Source: an uncultured Treponema sp.
GTDB taxonomy: Bacteria > Spirochaetota > Spirochaetia > Treponematales > Treponemataceae
NCBI GenBank assembly: GCA_947174385.1
Contig: CAMWIU010000001.1
Span: 1 to 52,078, forward strand
DNA length: 52,078 nt
Reading direction: 5' to 3'
A model generated the notes under the pieces. That model saw only the letters and a list, made by a program, of their open reading frames with translations. It did not search any database and had not been told where the DNA came from. This document shows positions 9,916 through 17,431 of this stretch, piece by piece; position 1 is the first letter of the stretch, and the number at the start of each line of letters is the position of its first letter. The position numbers and the translations under genes were made by a program.

Positions 9916-9942
9916 GAACGCCCGACAAATTGTCGGGCGTTC
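9916..9942. terminator. Hairpin terminator between the convergent lipoprotein gene and pyrC
   Basis: GAACGCCCGACAA-A-TTGTCGGGCGTTC followed by T-rich sequence. Confidence 0.75.
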
Positions 9943-10047
9943 TGCTTTTCTTTTTGAATCTCATCGCAAAATCATTTTTTCACTTCCGAAATTTTTTGCG
10001 CCGCGCATTATGAAAATTGCCGCTTCGCAAAAATCGCGCTGCGGAAT

Positions 10048-11490
10048 TCATTCGCCGAAAAAAATTCCTTTCACGCGCCCCGTAAGGATTTTTCCTTCGA
10101 GCGGCGTTGATTTTCCTTTGCTAAAAAATTCCGTCGAGCGCACTTTCCATTTTTCCTGCGGGTCGAGCAAAACCAAATCTGCATCGTAGCCTTCTTTCAG
10201 CAAGCCTTTTTTCAAGCCCAAAATCCGCGCGGGATTCGCCGACATCAATTGCGATAATTTTTGTTCGCTGAAATTTTCTTGCTCCACCAAAACCGTGTGG
10301 CAAAAAGCGTAGGCAGTTTCAAGCCCTGAAAATCCCGGCGCGCCCGCAACCTTATCGCAAGCCGTGTGCGGCGCGTGGTCGGTTGCGATAACGTCGGCAG
10401 TTCCGTCGCGCAACGCTTGAATCAAAGCCAAGCGATCTTCTTCACTTCGCAAAGGCGGATTTACAAATTCAAAAATTTCTTTGCCGCGCGTTCCAATCAA
10501 GCCCAAATGGTGCGGCGTGATTTCGCAAGTGATTTGAAATTGCGATTTTTCGCTTGCGATATTTCCTTTCGAATTTGCGATATTTTTTTTCGCGCGGCGA
10601 ACGGCTTCAATGCTGCCCTTCGTGGAAACATGGCAAACGTGAATTCTGCAATTTGCCTTTTTTGCGATTGCGATATTTCGCTCGGTCGCAATGTCCTCCG
10701 CCAATTCCAAAATCGAATTTGCGATAAAAATATTTTCCTTCGCTTCGTTTATCGCAACTTTCGGAATTTTTTTTGAAGCTTGATTTTTCTTTTCGAAAAT
10801 TTGCGATAAATCCTGAATGTTCATATCATAATTTGCGATAATTTCCAAAGCCTTTTTGCGATAAGATTTCGCCTTTATCGCAAGCGCGCAATCTTCGCTG
10901 TGGCAAGCGACAATGATTCCTTTTTTCGCGGCAAGGCGCATCGCCTCAAGCATGACGGCGGCACTTTCCACATCGCGGCCATCTTCCGAAATTACAGGCG
11001 TGGATTTTTTTTCAAGCGAATCAATATGAGAAATTGTCGCGCCGTCAAAATCCTTCGTAATGCTCACAGTTTGGAAAACTTGCGATTTTTTTTGCGCGGC
11101 GGCTTCGTTTTCAATTTTTATCGCAAGCTCTTTTGAAGAAACCACAGGATTTGTGTTCGGCATCAAAACGAGCGTTCCAAAGCCGCCGGCCGCCGCCGCG
11201 TTGAGCGCGCTTTGCAAATCTTCTTTTTGAGTTTGCCCAGGATAGCGAAAATGCGAATGCATGTCGATAAACGCCGGCGCGAGCGTCAAGCCATTCGCAT
11301 TCACGAATTCGATTTGCCTTGGAGTTCTAGAAAAAATTTTATCGCAAGCGAATTTCGCGGCGTTCAGAACCGCGCTTTCAGTTTTGAAATTTCCTTTTAA
11401 AACGCACGCAATTTTTTTCTTGTCCAAAACAATCGCGCCGCGCGTCCGCATAGATTCATCAAGCAAAATCGCATTGTAAATAATTTTCAT
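10048..11490 (-). CDS. pyrC: Dihydroorotase (type I)
   Basis: DMHSHFRYPG, MPNTNP, HVCHVST, VNPPLR, ATDHAPH; downstream of pyrBI; start set at MKIIYNA. Confidence 0.9.
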   Translation of the reverse strand: MKIIYNAILLDESMRTRGAIVLDKKKIACVLKGNFKTESAVLNAAKFACDKIFSRTPRQIEFVNANGLTLAPAFIDMHSHFRYPGQTQKEDLQSALNAAAAGGFGTLVLMPNTNPVVSSKELAIKIENEAAAQKKSQVFQTVSITKDFDGATISHIDSLEKKSTPVISEDGRDVESAAVMLEAMRLAAKKGIIVACHSEDCALAIKAKSYRKKALEIIANYDMNIQDLSQIFEKKNQASKKIPKVAINEAKENIFIANSILELAEDIATERNIAIAKKANCRIHVCHVSTKGSIEAVRRAKKNIANSKGNIASEKSQFQITCEITPHHLGLIGTRGKEIFEFVNPPLRSEEDRLALIQALRDGTADVIATDHAPHTACDKVAGAPGFSGLETAYAFCHTVLVEQENFSEQKLSQLMSANPARILGLKKGLLKEGYDADLVLLDPQEKWKVRSTEFFSKGKSTPLEGKILTGRVKGIFFGE

Positions 11491-11494
11491 TTTT

Positions 11495-11947
11495 CTAACT
11501 AATTTCCACCGCTTCGCCTTGAAGTCCTGCCTTGTAAAGCGTGTCGCAATATTTGCAACGATAGAGCGCGCGCGTTCTGTCCACGAGGTCGAAAGTTTGC
11601 ACGACATATTTTTCGCTCGCGGTGATGCATCGCGGATTTTTGCAATTCACTACGCCCGTCACTTTTTGCGGCAATTCCATTTTTATTTTTTCCACGATTT
11701 TTTCGTCTTTGACGACGTTCACCGTGATGTTCGGATCGATGAAGCCGAGCACAGAATAATCGATGTTGATGATGTTGTCAACTTTGATTATGTCTTTCTT
11801 TTCCAAATTTTTCGACTGCACGTTCATCACAAGCGCGGCGGTAAAACGCGCCTTTTCCAAACCAAGCCAGCGGAAAATTTTCGGACCGTCGCCCGAGTGA
11901 ATATGATCAATCACCAAACCGTTTTTTATAGTATCAACGTTCAACAT
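11495..11947 (-). CDS. pyrI: Aspartate carbamoyltransferase regulatory subunit
   Basis: IKNGLVIDHI; Zn ligands CKNPRCIT and YRCKYC. Confidence 0.92.
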   Translation of the reverse strand: MLNVDTIKNGLVIDHIHSGDGPKIFRWLGLEKARFTAALVMNVQSKNLEKKDIIKVDNIINIDYSVLGFIDPNITVNVVKDEKIVEKIKMELPQKVTGVVNCKNPRCITASEKYVVQTFDLVDRTRALYRCKYCDTLYKAGLQGEAVEIS

Positions 11948-12023
11948 ATTTCCCCCAAATTGAAAATAAAAGTATGCGCAAGTTGTGCGACGTTTTATCA
12001 TAACTCCTTGATTTTCAAAAATT

Positions 12024-12950
12024 TCAAAGTGCGCCCGTGAGTTTTGCCATCAAACTCATTCGCGCGTACATTCCGAATTTCACTTGCTTGAAATATGCCG
12101 CGCGTGGATCGGAATCCACCTCGTAGGAAATTTCGTTCACGCGAGGAAGCGGATGCAAAACGATCATGTCTTTTTTCGCGCGGCGCATTTTTTCCTTGTC
12201 CAAAATGTAGCTGTCCTTCAAGCGAATGTAATCCTGCTCGTTGAAAAATCGCTCTTTTTGAACGCGCGTCATATAAAGAATGTCGGCCTTGTCAATCACA
12301 TCTTCCATCCGCTCGGCGCATTCATATTCAATGCCGGCGGGCTTGAGAACATCTTCGACCATATATTCTGGAATCGCAAGTTCCTTCGGGCTTACGAAAA
12401 TGAATCGATTTTTCGGATAGCGGCACATCGCCTGAGTGAGCGAATGAACTGTCCTTCCAAAGCGCAAGTCGCCGACGCAGCAAATCGTCATTCCTTCAAG
12501 CCCGCCCTTGAGCTGGCGAATCGTGAGCAAATCGGTGAGCGTCTGCGTGGGATGAAAATGTCCGCCGTCGCCCGCGTTGATTATCGGGCACGCCGAATAT
12601 TCGCTCGCCAAAAGCGCGGCACCTTCCTTGGGACTTCGAATGGCGATCACATCGGCATAACTTGAAACCACGCGAATCGTGTCGGCGAGAATTTCGCCCT
12701 TCGTCGTGGAAGTGTACGAAGCGTCGGCAAAGCCCTCCACGCTTCCTCCAAGTCGCAGCATCGCCGCTTCGAACGAAAGCCTCGTCCTTGTGCTCGGCTC
12801 AAAAAAAAGTGCCGCAAGAATTTTCCCGCGGCACACTTCTTTAAATGAATTCGGATCAACAATAATTTGTTCTGCCAGTTCGCAGATTTCGTCGATTTCC
12901 AAAACGGACAAATCAGATATTTGAATAACGTGACGACCTTTCAGCGACAA
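12024..12950 (-). CDS. pyrB: Aspartate carbamoyltransferase catalytic subunit
   Basis: [33 protein letters not shown]; TTG start with AAGGAG SD. Confidence 0.95.
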   Translation of the reverse strand: MSLKGRHVIQISDLSVLEIDEICELAEQIIVDPNSFKEVCRGKILAALFFEPSTRTRLSFEAAMLRLGGSVEGFADASYTSTTKGEILADTIRVVSSYADVIAIRSPKEGAALLASEYSACPIINAGDGGHFHPTQTLTDLLTIRQLKGGLEGMTICCVGDLRFGRTVHSLTQAMCRYPKNRFIFVSPKELAIPEYMVEDVLKPAGIEYECAERMEDVIDKADILYMTRVQKERFFNEQDYIRLKDSYILDKEKMRRAKKDMIVLHPLPRVNEISYEVDSDPRAAYFKQVKFGMYARMSLMAKLTGAL

Positions 12951-13198
12951 TTTTATGCACTCCTTATAAATTTTTGAAATTATATCACGAAGCGCGAAAA
13001 GTTTCAAGCGAAATTCGCTTTCTTTTCACATTCGCAATTTTTGGACAAAGTTGGGAGAGAGCGAATTTTTTTCCAACGAAAATCAACATACCTTGACGCA
13101 TTCGCAACGAAGTTTCCGATGGAGCATCGGAATTTGAAATGCTCCGCACGAATCAATTCAATTGCAACAAAATTTTTTTTGTGTTAAAATATTTTAAT

Positions 13199-14023
13199 AT
13201 GAGTTTTCTGAAATTTCAGGACGTGAATTTTTCCTACCCCCCGCTTGAAGGCGATGTTGACGAAGACGGCAAGCAAATTGTGCCGCCTGTTGTTTTTGAC
13301 CATTTTTCTGCGGAACTGCCTGCGGGCTTCGTGAGCCTTGTCGGGCCGAATGGTTCGGGCAAATCCACTTTTATGCTTTTGGCGGCAGGCAGGATTCTTC
13401 CAGCCGAAGGCAAGGTGGAACTTTTTGGCAAAGACACACGGAGGCTTTCGCAAGAAGAGCGCGACGAGCGAGCGTCATACATTTACCAAAATATGGAACT
13501 TGAAACGGAAGACGAATGCGGCGCGCTTTTACAATTCGTCTACAAGAATGGACTTTTTGGCGGCGCGGGACGCGGAATCAGAAATCCGGAAAAAGATTTT
13601 TTGGACGAAGTGAAAGAAGTTTTCGAAGTGGAATCGCTCGCGCAAAAAAAATTCAATGCGCTTTCCAAAGGCGAGCTGCAAAGAATGCTCGTGGCGTTTT
13701 CGATTTTGTACGGATCGCGTTCGGTTTTTATGGACGAACCTTTTTTCGCGATGGAAGACAAGCACAAGCATGCGGCGTTGCAATATTTGAAGGAATATTC
13801 TGCCGCCACTTGCGTTTCAATTTACATTTCAATGCACGAACTTGACCTCACGCGAAAGTACGCCGACACGGTGATGCTTTTTTATCCGAATCACGACATT
13901 GATTTGGGCACGGCGGAAGAAGTGCTCACCGACGCAGATTTGGAAAAGGCTTATGGCGTTCCCGTGGCGATGTTGAAACACAGCGAAGCACTCACGCGCG
14001 AAATTATTGCTGGAAGAATGTAG
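13199..14023 (+). CDS. Orphan ABC transporter ATP-binding protein (iron-chelate/ECF-like)
   Basis: GPNGSGKS, LSKGELQR, MDEP, SMHEL, C-terminal EEVLTDADLEKAYGV. Confidence 0.8.
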   Translation: MSFLKFQDVNFSYPPLEGDVDEDGKQIVPPVVFDHFSAELPAGFVSLVGPNGSGKSTFMLLAAGRILPAEGKVELFGKDTRRLSQEERDERASYIYQNMELETEDECGALLQFVYKNGLFGGAGRGIRNPEKDFLDEVKEVFEVESLAQKKFNALSKGELQRMLVAFSILYGSRSVFMDEPFFAMEDKHKHAALQYLKEYSAATCVSIYISMHELDLTRKYADTVMLFYPNHDIDLGTAEEVLTDADLEKAYGVPVAMLKHSEALTREIIAGRM

Positions 14024-14028
14024 GAAAC

Positions 14029-15144
14029 CTAAATCTTCAAAACGCCATTTTCCAGCGCGGTGAAACTCGTGCCGTCTTTGTAATTTATCACGATCGTCGG
14101 AAGGCGCACAACGCCGTCAAGGTGAATCAGCGAAGGCGCGTCATTATCATAATTTTCGCCAATCGCAAAATGGCAAGTTTTGAACGCCTTTTCGTCCTCC
14201 AACATATTTCCTGTAATCCTTGCGGCGGGATTCAAGCCGATTCCGAGTTCGCCGATATTGCGCGCGTTTCGCTTGTAAATCTCGCCTTGACCTTGCGGAA
14301 GCTCGCCTTTTTTTTCCATTTGAAGCGAACGCGATTCGGCATCGGAAATCGTTTTTAAAAGCCGTTTGGCTTCCGCGCCGCCTGAAATTTCCGTTGCGAA
14401 TCCGCCTTGAACTTTTACCGAAATCGGAGTTTGCAAAATTGAATCGCCGTCCGCAAAAGTCATAGAGCCGTCAAAAACTATCGTGCCGTTGCAGCCACTT
14501 TCTTTTCCGTCGCCGACAATTGGGCTTATGAAAACTTCGCCGGCAGGAATGTTGCCGCCGCTTCCAGCTTTGGAAAAATCACCGTTGTCGTCCATTGGCT
14601 TGCGTCCTCCCACAGGAACAAGAATGTCCGTTCCGCCCGCGCTCGTAACGCGCACGCTCACGGCATCAGAAAGTTTTTCGCCCAATTTTTTGCAACGCTC
14701 GGCAAGTTCGGCATAATCAATGTTCACAGTGCGCTCGAACATATCGTCCGTGAGGCCAGGCGCCCACACCGCGCGGATGGATTTTTTTCCGTCCAAAAGA
14801 TAGTCGAAAATATGATCGTATTTTTTTCCAGAATCGTCAATGTATGGCGCGGTCGTCGCTTCGGAATCTTTTCCAAGTTTCAGGCTTGAAATCGAGATGA
14901 CGACATCGGGCGCGGATTTTATCGCCGCGATTACGGCAGGCTCGGCATTGTCAAAAGAAGTCTTTTCGCTTTGATAAATCAGCACGGGCAAAGATTCTGC
15001 TTTGTCGCAAGTCGTGTACAAATCCTGCGCGATGTCGGACATGGCAGGATTTGCGATTATCAAAACTCGCTCGCCTTTTTTTATTTTGAGAACATTTTTT
15101 ACGACGGTCTCCGCGCTCGTTTGATTTTTTTTCAGATTAAACAT
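14029..15144 (-). CDS. M29/aminopeptidase T-like metallopeptidase
   Basis: GNIPAGEVF, NIGELGIGLN, EDEK...CHFAIG, HLDGV. Confidence 0.75.
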   Translation of the reverse strand: MFNLKKNQTSAETVVKNVLKIKKGERVLIIANPAMSDIAQDLYTTCDKAESLPVLIYQSEKTSFDNAEPAVIAAIKSAPDVVISISSLKLGKDSEATTAPYIDDSGKKYDHIFDYLLDGKKSIRAVWAPGLTDDMFERTVNIDYAELAERCKKLGEKLSDAVSVRVTSAGGTDILVPVGGRKPMDDNGDFSKAGSGGNIPAGEVFISPIVGDGKESGCNGTIVFDGSMTFADGDSILQTPISVKVQGGFATEISGGAEAKRLLKTISDAESRSLQMEKKGELPQGQGEIYKRNARNIGELGIGLNPAARITGNMLEDEKAFKTCHFAIGENYDNDAPSLIHLDGVVRLPTIVINYKDGTSFTALENGVLKI

Positions 15145-15240
15145 AATGAAAAATTATAATGAAATTTGAATTTAAATTCAATGTTTATCCCACGCTTTTG
15201 CTCCCGCTGGGGCTAGGTCGCAAGCCTTCGACTTGCTTAC

Positions 15241-15279
15241 CGAGATTTATTTGCTCGCAGAGCGAGCAAATAAATCTCG
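15241..15279. repeat. Perfect 18-bp inverted repeat between divergent genes
   Basis: CGAGATTTATTTGCTCGC-AGA-GCGAGCAAATAAATCTCG. Confidence 0.85.
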
Positions 15280-15350
15280 CGGTTTTCTTCGCAGGCGCTT
15301 CTGAAAAAAACGCACTTGCTTTTTCCGCATTTTTTTGCTACAATTTCCAA

Positions 15351-15854
15351 ATGGAACAAAACGAAAATTTATGTCCTTGCGGCTCGGGAAAAATTTACGG
15401 CGAATGCTGCGAGCCAATCATCAAAGGAACGAAAAAAGCGGCGACTGCGGAAGAATTGATGCGCGCGCGCTATTCATCTTATGTCAAACAAGAAATCGAC
15501 TTCATCATCAACACTTGCGAATCTTCGGAACAAATCGCGCAAATCGATCGCAAGGCCACGGAAGATTGGAGTCGCAATTCCACTTGGCACGGCTTGCGAA
15601 TTTTGCGCACGGAAAAAGGCACGCCTTCCGACACCGAAGGCATCGTGGAATTTGAAGCCGTCTACACGCAAAAGCATATTCGCGAAACTCACCACGAAAT
15701 GGCGTACTTCAAAAAAATCGACGGCGAATGGGCATATTCAACCGGCGAACTCAAAGTGGAAACAATCGTGCGCGAAGGTCGAAAAATCGGGCGCAACGAA
15801 CCGTGTCCGTGCGGAAGCGGAAAAAAATACAAAAATTGCTGCGGCAAAAATTAA
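15351..15854 (+). CDS. YchJ/UPF0225 SEC-C motif protein
   Basis: N-terminal [25 protein letters not shown]-terminal [19 protein letters not shown]. Confidence 0.88.
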   Translation: MEQNENLCPCGSGKIYGECCEPIIKGTKKAATAEELMRARYSSYVKQEIDFIINTCESSEQIAQIDRKATEDWSRNSTWHGLRILRTEKGTPSDTEGIVEFEAVYTQKHIRETHHEMAYFKKIDGEWAYSTGELKVETIVREGRKIGRNEPCPCGSGKKYKNCCGKN

Positions 15855-16670
15855 ATGCAAATTTTCACGGGATTCCACGCAGTCGAAGAAAATTTAAAAT
15901 CAGTCTCGGGCAAAAAAAATCTTGCGGAACAAATGCAGATTTTTTATTGCAATCCAGGTCCGCGCGTAAAAAAAATTTTGGAGCAAGCCGCGTCGTTCGG
16001 CGTGAAATGCAATTCGACGGACAAAAAAAATTTGGACGCGCTTGTAAAAAATTTGCCGCAAGTTGCGCGCGACCATCGCGGAATCGTTTTGCAAATTTCA
16101 GGCGAAAATTCTCGCGCGGAAAATTTCGTCGAATTCGATTTGTGGCTCGAAGAATTTATCGCTGCATCCGAGGCGAATGAAGAAAATGAAATTGCTTCGA
16201 AAAAATGCGCGACCGTTTTGGTTTTGGATTCAATCACCGACGTGCACAATGTCGGCGCGATTTTGCGCAGCGCGGATCAATTCGGAGCGGCTCTTGTGCT
16301 CGTTCCATCGCATCGAGGGGCTGCCGACATTTCGCAAAATGAAATTGTGGCGCGTACAAGCGCGGGCGCGTCAAACTGGGTGAAAATCGCAATCGTGCCA
16401 AATCTTGTGCGCGCTGTGCAAAAATTGAAGCAAGCCGGATTTTGGGTTTACGGCGCGGATGCGGGCGGAACGCAAATTCAAGACGGCACATTCGCGGAAA
16501 ATTGCGTCCTAATTATGGGAAGCGAAGGCAATGGAATCTCACGGCTTTTGCGCGAAGAATGCGATTCGATTGTTTCGATTCCGACTTGCGGACGAATCGA
16601 CAGCCTGAACGTTTCCGTGGCGACAGGCATTTTGCTTTACGAAATTTTTCGTCAAAAAAATTCTCGTTAA
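15855..16670 (+). CDS. rlmB: 23S rRNA 2'-O-methyltransferase, TrmH/SpoU family
   Basis: LDSITDVHNVGAILRSA, MGSEGNG, SLNVSVATGILLYE. Confidence 0.85.
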   Translation: MQIFTGFHAVEENLKSVSGKKNLAEQMQIFYCNPGPRVKKILEQAASFGVKCNSTDKKNLDALVKNLPQVARDHRGIVLQISGENSRAENFVEFDLWLEEFIAASEANEENEIASKKCATVLVLDSITDVHNVGAILRSADQFGAALVLVPSHRGAADISQNEIVARTSAGASNWVKIAIVPNLVRAVQKLKQAGFWVYGADAGGTQIQDGTFAENCVLIMGSEGNGISRLLREECDSIVSIPTCGRIDSLNVSVATGILLYEIFRQKNSR

Positions 16671-16757
16671 TTTTTTTTATTGAACGCGCATTCGTGTTGA
16701 ATTTTTTGAGCAACGCAAGTCGTGCTAGAAAATTTTAGTTCAATTTAAAATCTGATT

Positions 16758-17348
16758 TCAAATTGAAAAAATTCCGCGAAGAAAAATTTCAATTCCAATC
16801 AAAATCAAAATGATGCCGCCAAAAATTTGCGCACGAGCAGAAAAACGCTCGCCGATTTTTTTCCCGATTTTCAGTCCGCAAAAGCAAATTAAAAATGTAA
16901 CAGCCGCGATAATCAATGCCGAAACAAGCGCGACAAAAAAATCGTACTCGGAAATCGCAAAGCCCACGCTTAGCGCGTCAATCGAAGTGGCAACGCCTTG
17001 TAGCAAAAGCGTGGTCAGCGACAAAACGCATTCTTCGGATTTTTTTTCGTCACGCTTATTTTTAACGATTTCCAAAATCATTTTCACGCCGATATAAGCC
17101 AACAAGACAAAAGCGATGCTCGGAATGAATTTTTGGAGCGACGTGAAAATCATGAGAATCGTGCGAACGCAAAACCAGCCCACAAGCGGCATCGCAAATT
17201 GAAACGCGGCATAAACACCAGCAATCGCGCTCGTTCGGGGAAGGCTCATTTTCGGCTCGCCGAGTCCGTTCACAATTGAAACGCTGAACGCATCAATTGC
17301 GCGATCAACTACCAAAAGAAATTAATTCAAGAAAAACAAAAACGTCAG
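16758..17348 (-). pseudogene. mntP: Manganese efflux pump MntP with disrupted 5' end (in-frame TAA at 17322-17324)
   Basis: DAFSVS, FQFAMP, ATSIDALSVG, GGIILILIG; the upstream in-frame sequence reads LTFLFFLN*FLLVVDRAIDAFS instead of the usual ...LLGVGLAMDAFS. Confidence 0.6.
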
Positions 17349-17388
17349 TAGAAATATTCTCTTTTAAAACCGCCGTAATGTCAAGCAA

Positions 17389-17416
17389 AAAAAGCCGCGC
17401 TTTCGCGCGGCTTTTT
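17389..17416 (-). terminator. Intrinsic terminator after ppdK
   Basis: AAAAAGCCGCGC-TTTC-GCGCGGCTTTTT. Confidence 0.8.
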
Positions 17417-17431
17417 AGTTTTTTTCAAAAA

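Noticed and set aside
10700-10880. Charged insertion in PyrC
   Set aside because: Catalytic motifs intact; probably a lineage-specific loop, and no function can be argued from sequence
11948-12010. Alternative pyrI start or leader peptide at ATG 12001
   Set aside because: AAGGAG is only 2 nt from that ATG; family similarity begins at MLNV (11947)
12960-13140. Hairpins upstream of pyrB as a PyrR attenuator
   Set aside because: No PyrR binding-loop consensus, and the stems lie upstream of the apparent pyrB -10 box
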